A DNA stretch of 64,000 bases, from positions 237-64,236 of the IMG/VR virus record IMGVR_UViG_3300005336_000003; one strand, given 5' to 3'. The position numbers and the translations under genes were made by a program. The stretch is from a virus. Taxonomy: Duplodnaviria; Caudoviricetes. The notes beneath the pieces were generated by a model. That model worked only from the letters and a program-made list of their open reading frames with translations. It was not told where the DNA came from and did no database searches. Shown here in pieces: positions 25,047 through 33,980 of the stretch. Position 1 is the first letter of the stretch. Each line of letters opens with the position of its first letter.

Positions 25047-25778
25047 TTATGCTGCCGAGGAGAATTCGTAGACGTTGCCGCCAGCATCCTGGTACGCGCT
25101 GAAGTCCAGCTCCGGGATGGTATAGTCGTCCAGCTTGGTGGCAAACGACAGCTTGTTCGACGCCGCGGAATAGAGGATCAAGGTCATCTGATTCCCCTCG
25201 TACGTGTCGTTGAACACCAGCTTGAAGCGGGGCGAGCTGCCCATCAGCTGGTTGTTGACGTGGACCTTCTTGCCGGTGACCGCGGTGTAGGCGTAGTCGA
25301 ACAGCACCGTCTTGGTGGTATCCGCTGCGGCGAAGGTGTACACGCCTCCGGTTGCAACCGAATACTGCCCCGTTGCGGGCGCCGACGCCACGAGCGTCAG
25401 GGGCAGCCCTGTGGTGCCATCACGGACACCCAGATCCAGGAGGAAGGTGGCGCCGTTGGCCACCGTGATCTGGTATGGGGTTCCTGGGATGGTACCCGCT
25501 TCATCGGATGCCACAAGGTTCTGCCCGGTGCTCGCGGTGCCGCCGAAGAACAGGTTGTTGAACTGGACGGCGATGATCTGCGCCATCTTCGCCTTGCCTG
25601 TGATCTTCGTCTTGCCGCGTGCGACGTCAACCGGGAACGTGTACTGGCTGAACAGTTCCTTGAGTTCACCGTCGAAGTCGACCGAGACATCCTGCATGGC
25701 CCCGAAACGGACAGGCGTGGAATTTGCCACGTCGGTCCTCGAGCCCCACAGGAGTCCGGAGCCAAACGAAAACTGCAT
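25047..25778 (-). CDS. Major tail (tube) protein
   Basis: MQFSFGSG.LWG..P..FG.MQDVSVDF..KEL..FPVDVARGK...K.DDY.IPELDF; strong C-ending codon bias. Confidence 0.88.
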   Translation of the reverse strand: MQFSFGSGLLWGSRTDVANSTPVRFGAMQDVSVDFDGELKELFSQYTFPVDVARGKTKITGKAKMAQIIAVQFNNLFFGGTASTGQNLVASDEAGTIPGTPYQITVANGATFLLDLGVRDGTTGLPLTLVASAPATGQYSVATGGVYTFAAADTTKTVLFDYAYTAVTGKKVHVNNQLMGSSPRFKLVFNDTYEGNQMTLILYSAASNKLSFATKLDDYTIPELDFSAYQDAGGNVYEFSSAA

Positions 25779-25779
25779 G

Positions 25780-26016
25780 TTATGCGAGCTCCTTCATGAT
25801 GGATTCGCGGAGGGCTCCCAAGGAACCACTCACGTGGTTCAGTGATTCCCCCGACCGCGAGACAGGGGAATTGTGGATGTATTCGACGAACCAGGAGCGG
25901 ATACCTGCGTCGATCTTGTCGCGCATGGTATCGCTCTTTGCAGGCTCGTCATGAGACTCATGGTCGCTATGCTCGATAGCACCGAGCTCTTCGACCATTT
26001 CTTCGTCACCAGTCAT
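25780..26016 (-). CDS. Small hypothetical protein in the tail module
   Basis: AAGGAG RBS; IRSWF...IHNSPVSR motif. Confidence 0.6.
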   Translation of the reverse strand: MTGDEEMVEELGAIEHSDHESHDEPAKSDTMRDKIDAGIRSWFVEYIHNSPVSRSGESLNHVSGSLGALRESIMKELA

Positions 26017-26027
26017 CTCTGTGCTCC

Positions 26028-26492
26028 TTACGGTGGTCGGATCTTGATCGGATAGAGAGCCAAGCATTGACCCTCCAGGTCACCCGGGTCTTTGATGATG
26101 TCACCTTCGGCCCAGATACGATAGACAGTGCCGTTGAGGGTGAGAACGTTGTTTGGTGTGGTCTTGGCTGTTCCAGGATCCAATCCTAGAGCCGCCTCAA
26201 CCGCATCAAGCAAGTTGTTCAGGGTAGTCGCCCCGACAGTACCCTCACCATCAGCCCTGGCATAGATGAACAGCATGACGTCCCACTCAGCCTTACGTGG
26301 GAGGCCTCGAGGAACTGCAAGTGCCTTCTCCGTGTGCTCGACCATGAACAGTGCAGGTTGCTGTTCTGCTCCAACGTCATCCCACATCCTGAGCTTACGG
26401 CTGACGGTTGGGAATGTATTGGGAGACAGAGGTGTCAGCTTGGCTAGCAGCGCCGTCATGACCGATTCACGAGTCGAAGGAGGAATGCTCAT
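26028..26492 (-). CDS. Tail terminator/completion protein
   Basis: RE....AL..L, SRKL..W.DV..QQPALF..E, LN.LLDA.E.AL and DPGDL.GQ motifs; position in the neck module. Confidence 0.75.
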   Translation of the reverse strand: MSIPPSTRESVMTALLAKLTPLSPNTFPTVSRKLRMWDDVGAEQQPALFMVEHTEKALAVPRGLPRKAEWDVMLFIYARADGEGTVGATTLNNLLDAVEAALGLDPGTAKTTPNNVLTLNGTVYRIWAEGDIIKDPGDLEGQCLALYPIKIRPP

Positions 26493-26495
26493 GAG

Positions 26496-26993
26496 CTACA
26501 CCTCCAACGATTTGGCTATTGCAGCACGGCAGACTCTTTCGAACTCTGCTCGCTTGTTCACCATGGCATTGCGGATGTAATGCTTTGGGGTGATGGTTGC
26601 TCCCGGCCAGCTGACCGAGGTGAAGAAGGCGTAGCCGCCAGCATGAGCTCCCGAGCCTCCCCAAACGAAGGCTAGTGCTCTCGCCTTGGCTGCAGATATG
26701 ATCCGAGCAGCGATTGTTCCGCCACGCTCCTGGATGGCTGCGTAAGGGACCCCCTCCGAGAATAGGACAACGGATACGGCATTCGATGTCGCTACAACCC
26801 GGCCTTGGATTGAGGCACCCAACTTTCCGGATCTGCTGCCTGCAAGCCTTGCCGCTAGGTCACGGGTATCCGCAGCAACAAACACCAGGTCCGTTTTGAG
26901 GAACTGCAGAAGCCTTGGCGGAGCTCCCTTGAGCTTGGCAACAAGGGCTTCCTGACCTTTGAAGGTGAAGCTAACGTCGATGCTGCCGCTCAT
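26496..26993 (-). CDS. HK97 gp10-like neck/tail completion protein
   Basis: RSGKL..SI, YA.IQE.GG and V..PG....YIR motifs. Confidence 0.75.
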   Translation of the reverse strand: MSGSIDVSFTFKGQEALVAKLKGAPPRLLQFLKTDLVFVAADTRDLAARLAGSRSGKLGASIQGRVVATSNAVSVVLFSEGVPYAAIQERGGTIAARIISAAKARALAFVWGGSGAHAGGYAFFTSVSWPGATITPKHYIRNAMVNKRAEFERVCRAAIAKSLEV

Positions 26994-27826
26994 AGCGGGA
27001 TCACCGACTTGTAGGGCTGCAAGACCCGAACAGCATACCTCGGGATGTCCGAAGGAACGTAGGATGCAGTTTCCTGGCCTGCAAGTGATCGGGATGCCTG
27101 GCTCGGGCGAGACCTACGAGCGAGTGCGTCACTCACCATATCCCAGACCACCCCTTCGACAGTGTAGGGACAGTAGCTGTAGGACAGGTTGACGGATGCG
27201 GCATCGTCAGCTGCGTTGAAGATGTACCCTCCAAGAACGGCCGGATTCAGAGCATACTGGCCAACAGCCGGAGCTGTAGCAACCTTTACCAAGGCTGCTC
27301 CCGTACTGACGTAGGTGACTCCTGCATCAGCTAGCCATACGCCGTAGGGCATGCTGGCAGCTGCCAGCCCCGAGGCAACAACCTGGACATCAGCCAGCTC
27401 GAGGTAGCCAGCGGTGTACTGGAACAGACAATTCTGCCTGCCCCTGCAGTAGGTGTAGCCGATAAGCTCGATTGCCTGAGGCTCACCAGGAGGGATACCA
27501 TCGTAGGTTTCGATCCGCCAGCCGATGGAGTTGGCGTTCGTAGAGCCGTCAGGCGAGACGATATTGGCAGGCTGGATGGTACGATTGTCTACCACCACGG
27601 CAATAACACTGTTGACCGGCCAGCGCTCCGTGAACTGGAAGGAGCTGTTCTGCCCGTCGAAGTACTCGCGGTATTCCTGGTTGAGGAAGGACCCTCTCTC
27701 GAGGTATCCCATGACGTCTGCACTGATCCGGGTGATAGCCCGAGCAATGACAGTGTCGCTGGTGCTACCTGAGATCGATAGCCAGTCCTTAACTCGGGCA
27801 ACCGTGGTCAGGTCAAGCGATGCCAT
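26990..27826 (-). CDS. Head-tail adaptor (connector) with inserted beta domain
   Basis: DLTT...VK.WL, E..DG, YTAGY, C-terminal S.SLAG.ET.SY...IP.....L.PY motifs. Confidence 0.75.
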   Translation of the reverse strand: MASLDLTTVARVKDWLSISGSTSDTVIARAITRISADVMGYLERGSFLNQEYREYFDGQNSSFQFTERWPVNSVIAVVVDNRTIQPANIVSPDGSTNANSIGWRIETYDGIPPGEPQAIELIGYTYCRGRQNCLFQYTAGYLELADVQVVASGLAAASMPYGVWLADAGVTYVSTGAALVKVATAPAVGQYALNPAVLGGYIFNAADDAASVNLSYSYCPYTVEGVVWDMVSDALARRSRPSQASRSLAGQETASYVPSDIPRYAVRVLQPYKSVIPL

Positions 27827-27850
27827 TGAGTCCTACTGTGTGGTTACAGT

Positions 27851-27903
27851 GGTTGGTCTCATGAATGGGCCCTAGCTAGTAGGGCCCAAACATCAGACTA
27901 ACC
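27851..27903 (-). terminator. Long stem-loop after the major capsid gene (terminator, stabiliser or processing site)
   Basis: TGGGCCCTA-GCTAG-TAGGGCCCA core extended by GGTTGGTCT/AGACTAACC; no clear U-tract. Confidence 0.5.
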
Positions 27904-27925
27904 GAATGGAGCCGAGTACACCCGG

Positions 27926-29521
27926 TTAGCTGACCTTGTTGGCGATGTTCGCGATCACGCCCATGCCGAAGTTGGCGTAGACCGCAAGCACCTCCTCCAT
28001 GTAGATGCCGTACTCGCGCTGGCGAGTCCGGAGCGGCCAGTCAATGCGGTAGTAGTCGCGGCGCAGCAGCATCTCCGCAACGTTCGGCACCTCGTTGGAC
28101 TGGTACCACGGCGGCAGATTCTCGCACCACGCGAGGATCGTGCCGGCCGGGATGTCCGGATGCAGCTTGATCGGCAGCTTGTAGCCGCCGTCGGCTGCAT
28201 GGGGGTTGTAGTAGAAGTCCACCACACCACCCGCGACGATGCCGTAGGCCTGGCCAGGAGTCGTCGGAACCTCATAGCGCAGCAGCGGCCCCGAGGAGTT
28301 CGAAAGGCATGCCGTGGTGATGTTCTTCTGCTCCTGCGAGTTCACGTACAGAACGGTCGGCCCGATCTGGTACGTGTCCCACATGGTCTTCAGCATCTCG
28401 TCGATCTCGTTCACCGAGCCGCGACCGGATGCCGAGAGGCCCGTGCCAACGCCATCGGCGGTGTTCGCGAGATACTTGACGTACGCCTGCGCAGGCGTGG
28501 TGTTCGCGTAGAACGGCGCATTGACGTTCAGCGCGCACGACAGCAGTCCATCGAAGGCCAGTCCAGGGTTGCGACTGTTGTCCTGGGTGATGGCCGCGAT
28601 CGACTGCCGGCCTCCCACGATCGCCGTGCTGAGCGTCATGGAAGCCTTGGTGGTGATGGCCTGCAGCGTGGTCGAGCCACTGACCGTACCGACGAACCAC
28701 GCGTACGCCACGGCACCCTGCAGTGGCGTGACCACCGTGATCAGGCTATTGCCTGCGCCGACGACGATGCCTGCCGAGTCCGCGGACTTGTTCGAACTGC
28801 CGCCGTACAGCGTGAAGTTCTTGCCGTCCGCACCGGTGATCACCTTCGAGGTCGCGACTCCGTTCGCCAGGCTGGAGTTCTTGAAGCCCTCGAGGGTGAG
28901 TGCCACCACGTTGACGAGATAGGTGGCCGCCGCCAGCGTTCCGCCGGACCCGGTGTTGCCGGTACCAGTGGGAGTGGCTGGGGTGCCCAACGCCATCGTG
29001 GCATTGCCGCCCAGGATCGCGATCTCCTCCTTGCGCATCGTCTTCTGCAGGAGGCGGAACGTCACCATGGCGTTCTCGTCTTCGAACCCTTCGGCGGCGC
29101 TCTCCGCCTCGAAGGTCAGGTAGTCTTCCTCGCCCAGCGTCACGTAGGAGGCTGCGAGGTTCGCCGTGGTGTACGACATCGTTCCCGAGCGCTGACCTTC
29201 CGGCACCCAACCCATGGCGTCGTATCCGGAGCCGATCAGCGCGCTGACCTGCTTCCAGTGTGCGGCGTCACCAGGGTTCTTCCGCTTGACGCGCGGAATG
29301 CTGTTCCGGAGAGGCGTGATCGTCGGGTAGATGTTCTTCGCCGGCGCCTCGAGGTCGTACCACGTGAGGCCGGTGGAGATCGAGACGCCCTTCGAAAGGG
29401 GCTTCCCGAATCGATCGGTTGGCGCTCCCAGAGACCCCTTCATCATATCCAGGGTCTGTTGGGTGAGCGACAAACCGTTTTGGTTGAACGGTTGCATGTC
29501 TTTCATCCTGTTGAGTTGCAC
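27926..29521 (-). CDS. Major capsid protein
   Basis: 531 aa after the protease; YDLEAPAK.IYP..TPLRN.IPR and Y...WPLRTR..EYG.Y.EEVL motifs; strongest codon bias in the window. Confidence 0.88.
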   Translation of the reverse strand: MQLNRMKDMQPFNQNGLSLTQQTLDMMKGSLGAPTDRFGKPLSKGVSISTGLTWYDLEAPAKNIYPTITPLRNSIPRVKRKNPGDAAHWKQVSALIGSGYDAMGWVPEGQRSGTMSYTTANLAASYVTLGEEDYLTFEAESAAEGFEDENAMVTFRLLQKTMRKEEIAILGGNATMALGTPATPTGTGNTGSGGTLAAATYLVNVVALTLEGFKNSSLANGVATSKVITGADGKNFTLYGGSSNKSADSAGIVVGAGNSLITVVTPLQGAVAYAWFVGTVSGSTTLQAITTKASMTLSTAIVGGRQSIAAITQDNSRNPGLAFDGLLSCALNVNAPFYANTTPAQAYVKYLANTADGVGTGLSASGRGSVNEIDEMLKTMWDTYQIGPTVLYVNSQEQKNITTACLSNSSGPLLRYEVPTTPGQAYGIVAGGVVDFYYNPHAADGGYKLPIKLHPDIPAGTILAWCENLPPWYQSNEVPNVAEMLLRRDYYRIDWPLRTRQREYGIYMEEVLAVYANFGMGVIANIANKVS

Positions 29522-29571
29522 AAAGTCTACGCGTAGGCACTCAGGCTCGTGCTTACCTCACCGTCCCCGGA

Positions 29572-31374
29572 TCAGTCGAAATGAGCCACTGGGTTTGCCA
29601 AGGACATCTTGATCAGTTCGCGCGCCCGCTGCTCGGGAGTCATCACCTCGAGACGCTTCCGATAGGCATCAACCACGTCCTGATCGTCCTGTGACAGTTG
29701 ACCTGTCCCAGCAAATCCTGCGTCCATCGCCTTGGTGATGACGCGCAGGACTCCCTTTGGAGGCTCTGGCTGCGCGGCGATCTTCTCGATCCTCGCAGTC
29801 ATGGCCTCAACAATCTTGTGCAGCTTCTCGTACCGGAATTCCAGCCCGTTGGACTTCGCAAGCAGCGAAGCTACTGCCGGAGGCAGGTTCGGGTTGTCGA
29901 GAAACAGATCCGCTTCCTGCAGACCCTTGAAGTTCTTGCCGAACTTCTGGGTCATCTCGTCCGCGGCAGCGCTTGCAGTCTTCAACATGCCAGCCAGCTT
30001 GGTGAAGACTTCGACCTTGTCGCCTTCGGTGGGGAGGATATCCAGTAGGCCCTTCCTCAGGCCTTCCGGCATCGTGTTCACCGCGTTGGCGATGATGATG
30101 ATGGTGTCCTCTTCCTCCAGCTGCACGTCCGTGTTGGACATGATCTCCTGGACTTCCTCGGTCACCAAGGTGAGGAGGAACTCACAGAGGGCGTCGGTAG
30201 CCTTCTGCACTGCGCTGGGCAATGCTGAGGTGCCGTCGCCTTCGAGGGACTCTTCCACCAGGATGTCCGTGCGGATCCACTTGAGCTCGCTGATGATGCA
30301 GGCAATCCGGCCCACATCGTAGAGCCCCTTCTTCAGGCCCTCCTTCGTGGAGAGGTCGAATGCCTTCTTCGGCTGCTCGGTGTTCTTCTCGAGCGGCTTC
30401 GTCACCTTGGGATCGCCCGCCTTGATGGGCTCGTCTTCGGGCTTCGTGCCGCCAAGGAGCTGGTCAAGCTTGGTGAGAGCCGCTTCCGTAGGGCCAGCAA
30501 CAGCTTCCACGGCTGCAGCAGTCGCCGCAGTGCTCATATGCTTGACTGCCTCGGCCTTCTTGCTGAAGGTCTGGCCGTCCGGAGTCTTCCAAACCTGCTC
30601 CAACTCCGATGCCAGAGTCTTCAGGACCTGCTCGTCGGGGAGAGCCTCGAGGCCTCGCTCGATCCGGGCCTCATTGAGGGTCTTGACACCCTTCTTGACT
30701 CCCTCATCCTCAGCAGCTTCGGTTGCCAACTGCTCGGGAGTCTTCGTCGCCTCGGTGCTGGTAGCCTCCTTGGTCTCCTCCTCGGTCTTGGTCTCGGAAG
30801 CTGCAGACTTGATGACCGTATTGGGAGGAGCGCTCAGCGGCGGTGGGGGCTCCTCCGGCTCGCCAACGCTGGTGAATGCGCGGGCTTCCGGAGCGGCGCC
30901 TTCCGCCTTGAAGAACTCGAAGGTGGCTCCCTTCACGCAGGGGAGATCCACGAGGGAGACCTCGGTGGGGATCGCCTCATAGCGGATCAGGCTCGGATTC
31001 TCCGGATCGGCCCACCGCTTGCCGTAGCGGCCTCCGACGCTGAATCCGGTGTAGACGCCCTCTTCCACCTTCCGCCACTCGTCGTCATCGACAATACGGG
31101 CGCACCCGTACATCTTCTTGACGTCGTCCTGGAAGTCGATCGGCTGAGCGAACAGCCCGGCCGCGATGTTCTTGTGCATAGCGCGGATATTGCCGTAGTT
31201 CTTGCCGCCGCTCGCGCCGTACATGTCGTTGGACCATTTCTCGAAGTTGGGCTTCGAGGAGGCGTAGTCCATGATTTCACCGGAGCGATCTCCTGCCTCC
31301 TCGGTGAAAACGCCGTACACCAGACGCTGTGCCGCGTCTACCTTGGTGATTGGCAGGAAGATCCTCAGACTCAT
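29572..31374 (-). CDS. Prohead protease with long scaffold-like C-terminal region
   Basis: KVD..QRLVYG..D..GE, RAMH, GFSVGG and EVSLVD.P HK97-protease motifs; acidic helical tail. Confidence 0.88.
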   Translation of the reverse strand: MSLRIFLPITKVDAAQRLVYGVFTEEAGDRSGEIMDYASSKPNFEKWSNDMYGASGGKNYGNIRAMHKNIAAGLFAQPIDFQDDVKKMYGCARIVDDDEWRKVEEGVYTGFSVGGRYGKRWADPENPSLIRYEAIPTEVSLVDLPCVKGATFEFFKAEGAAPEARAFTSVGEPEEPPPPLSAPPNTVIKSAASETKTEEETKEATSTEATKTPEQLATEAAEDEGVKKGVKTLNEARIERGLEALPDEQVLKTLASELEQVWKTPDGQTFSKKAEAVKHMSTAATAAAVEAVAGPTEAALTKLDQLLGGTKPEDEPIKAGDPKVTKPLEKNTEQPKKAFDLSTKEGLKKGLYDVGRIACIISELKWIRTDILVEESLEGDGTSALPSAVQKATDALCEFLLTLVTEEVQEIMSNTDVQLEEEDTIIIIANAVNTMPEGLRKGLLDILPTEGDKVEVFTKLAGMLKTASAAADEMTQKFGKNFKGLQEADLFLDNPNLPPAVASLLAKSNGLEFRYEKLHKIVEAMTARIEKIAAQPEPPKGVLRVITKAMDAGFAGTGQLSQDDQDVVDAYRKRLEVMTPEQRARELIKMSLANPVAHFD

Positions 31375-31420
31375 GTGCTTATTTCCTTCAGGTTATGACT
31401 CAGGATTTGTTCGTAGACAC

Positions 31421-32578
31421 TCAAGTCTGCATTATCCTGCTGAGTTGGGGCAGAAGTAGGTTCGGTAGACGTCCAGGAAACAGAGCGAAGCGGCGGATGT
31501 AGCCGCCTAACTGAGCATTGCCGTTCAGATTGCTGAGACCCAGCGACCCCAAGGTCAGGAACCCTGTGGTGGCTACAAGCGCCGCAGTAGCTGACACGCT
31601 CGTCGCCTGGCCGTTGACCGACATGGCGATACTCTTGGAATCGGTAGCAACGACAATCCGATTGAGGACATTCAGGCCATTGCTGTTCTGGGTCAGTGTC
31701 GCCAAAGCTGCGCCGACGGCGCTGTTGGATGTGGCAGTGACCTGAGTCGAGGAGGTGGAGGATATCAGCAGACCGGAGTTGGCGGTTCCTACGGTGCTGG
31801 GGCCGGCGCAGGCAATGTAATTGCCGCCTTGCAGCGAGGTCACATCGGCCACCAGTAAGGCCGGGATTATGTAATCGATCAGCAGAGTGAAATCTGGGCG
31901 CTTAGCGCCAACCGAGCCGACCGTAGCCAAATTGCATTGCAGCGACTGGCCAGCGATGGTGTCGTTGAACGCGCCGACCGTCATGCCCATCGCTTGCGAG
32001 CGATTCTGATCGCATTGCACGAACGACGGCGAGCCTGCCACCGTGAACGTGCAGGAGGCCGGAGCTCCTGCGATTGTGAATACCAGGGGCGAACCATCCG
32101 TTGCCACTCCTGATGCGCCGCCGGACAGTGTAACCGAGCCTGAGCCGACCATCCACAGAGTATGGGTGCCAACCGGCAGCGTGTTCGTCTGCGTCACGTA
32201 GCCGGCGGAATTGTCGAAGCCCAGAGTCGTCGAAGGAAACAGGCCAATTCCCAGAGCTTTGGTACCTGTGACATCATAGGCTGGCGATCGGGTCTTTGCG
32301 ATGGCGCCAGATGACGGCGAAACGACCACAGCGCCCGGCGTGACGCCCGAGAAAGTTGCCGGCAATCCTGCTGACGCTGATGCGGTGATGACGAAGCGAC
32401 CAGGTGCCCCGACCATGCCATCGGTAAAGTCGGCAGAGATCAGGGGCCGCTGAAGACTGCCGAGGAGTGCATCCTTCAAGGTTGGATAGGCAGCAATCGC
32501 CTCATCCGCATGCATCTGGGCTGCTGCGGCAAGCGCAGCTGCACCAAATAGCAGGCCTCGGCGAGGCAGACAGATCAT
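31421..32578 (-). CDS. Head spike/fiber-like protein with Tat-like N-terminus
   Basis: N-terminus PRRGLLFGAAALAAAA; P.YD.TG...G and C-terminal GYIRR...P.RL lectin-like pattern; ATGA overlap. Confidence 0.6.
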   Translation of the reverse strand: MICLPRRGLLFGAAALAAAAQMHADEAIAAYPTLKDALLGSLQRPLISADFTDGMVGAPGRFVITASASAGLPATFSGVTPGAVVVSPSSGAIAKTRSPAYDVTGTKALGIGLFPSTTLGFDNSAGYVTQTNTLPVGTHTLWMVGSGSVTLSGGASGVATDGSPLVFTIAGAPASCTFTVAGSPSFVQCDQNRSQAMGMTVGAFNDTIAGQSLQCNLATVGSVGAKRPDFTLLIDYIIPALLVADVTSLQGGNYIACAGPSTVGTANSGLLISSTSSTQVTATSNSAVGAALATLTQNSNGLNVLNRIVVATDSKSIAMSVNGQATSVSATAALVATTGFLTLGSLGLSNLNGNAQLGGYIRRFALFPGRLPNLLLPQLSRIMQT

Positions 32579-33372
32579 TGCAGGAAACCCATCGTGATGA
32601 ACGGCTTGGTCGTGGTATCGGCCGACGTCAATGTGGCTGCTGCATCCAATACCAGGGCCGCATACAGCGTGGTACCTGAGGCAAGAGGGATAGGAGTCTG
32701 CAGCTGGGAAGCCTGGCAGATTGCGGGCGTACCTACGGCAATGCATGCTCCGATAGGAATGTAGCCGATCAGCTTGCCCAGATCAGCCACAGCCTGCGTG
32801 ATCGCCGTCTTATCGGTTACGGTTGAGCCGCTTGGGTTGGCGTTCCACATCACCAGGTGCATCGGCGGTAGGATACCGCTGGCAAAGGTGACCGAAAGGT
32901 TTTGCAGGATGGATTTCTGCGCCGGTGCGGTAAACTGCAGCAGCCCGCCGATGGTGTTGCCTGACGAGTAGGCAGCTGCCTGTACCGATGCTGGCTGGAT
33001 CTGAACTCCCGTGATGGCGCTGTTGACCGTCACTGAGACTGGGAGGTTGCTCTGATCACTGGCCAGAACCACCGGAATGGAAGCGGCCATCGCAGCCTGG
33101 CCCAAGGATACCGCAGCCGCCCCTACCTTTCCAAGGTTGATCGAGATGGGGTGGGTCGGAGACGCATCGTTGCCTGCCCCGTCCCCGACCGATACCCGTA
33201 GCTGCCTCAGGGAAGTGATCGAGGGCTGATCAGTTCCCGTTGGGGTGGGGAGAGTACCGGGAGCCGCCTCCATTGGGTAGGCAGGCAACTCCCACCCGTA
33301 TGCAGGCAAGCTTAGCCCGGAGCAGACGATAGCCCCTCCGAGTAACAGACCTGCCCGCATACCTTTACTCAT
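32575..33372 (-). CDS. Putative head decoration protein with Sec-like signal peptide
   Basis: MSKGMRAGLLLGGAIVCSGLSLPAYG; LGQ..MAAS.PVVLASDQS motif; beta-rich C-terminus. Confidence 0.55.
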   Translation of the reverse strand: MSKGMRAGLLLGGAIVCSGLSLPAYGWELPAYPMEAAPGTLPTPTGTDQPSITSLRQLRVSVGDGAGNDASPTHPISINLGKVGAAAVSLGQAAMAASIPVVLASDQSNLPVSVTVNSAITGVQIQPASVQAAAYSSGNTIGGLLQFTAPAQKSILQNLSVTFASGILPPMHLVMWNANPSGSTVTDKTAITQAVADLGKLIGYIPIGACIAVGTPAICQASQLQTPIPLASGTTLYAALVLDAAATLTSADTTTKPFITMGFLQ

Positions 33373-33421
33373 TTGTTCCCCCACCGTCAAAGCTGCTCAG
33401 CCGTGAATCAGGCTGCTCTGA

Positions 33422-33958
33422 TCACCAGTAGACGTCGCCGTAGACGTAGATGTCGGCCGTTGCCGGCGCGCCTTGTCCCGTGGTCAGGGAGAAGAACAGC
33501 GAGGAGCCGCTGTACTGGGTCTTGCCGGGCGTCGTTGCGATGGTGAGATCCAGCACCAGACCTGAGGTTGTCAGGGCCGTATAGGCCTGAGCCGCCGCCA
33601 CGATGGCGTCACCTCCCTTGGAGGCTGCCGAATACAGGCCGCCGGCTGCAGTGGTCAGCGAGACCGAGGCATTCAGCACCGAGACTTTCGTCACCCGGAA
33701 GCTCTGCCCCACAGGAACGTCCATCGCGATCGCCTGATCGGTGGTGACGTTCATGTTCGCGCCGATGAGGCGTCCGAGCCACTGCTGTGTTGACAGTACG
33801 CATCCCGAGTTCAGCAGGTCGACCACATCGCCGTTTGCGACGGCTGTGGTGATCTTGCCGGTGCTGTCGGACTGATAGACGTTGCCGCTCCGCGTCTCGA
33901 AGGACTGGTTGGCTACGGGAGCGATCATGTAGACGCGGTTCAGAAGGGCGAGGGACAT
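33422..33958 (-). CDS. Putative head decoration/structural protein
   Basis: AAGGAG RBS; ANMN.TTDQAI...A.ADIYVYG jelly-roll-like pattern. Confidence 0.6.
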   Translation of the reverse strand: MSLALLNRVYMIAPVANQSFETRSGNVYQSDSTGKITTAVANGDVVDLLNSGCVLSTQQWLGRLIGANMNVTTDQAIAMDVPVGQSFRVTKVSVLNASVSLTTAAGGLYSAASKGGDAIVAAAQAYTALTTSGLVLDLTIATTPGKTQYSGSSLFFSLTTGQGAPATADIYVYGDVYW

Positions 33959-33980
33959 ACGGAACTCCTTGGTTGTAGCG

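Noticed and set aside
28160-29536. 458-aa antisense ORF opposite the capsid gene (and similar ORFs opposite the tail, protease and portal genes)
   Set aside because: Shadow ORFs expected from strong codon bias in GC-rich genes; no recognisable motifs.
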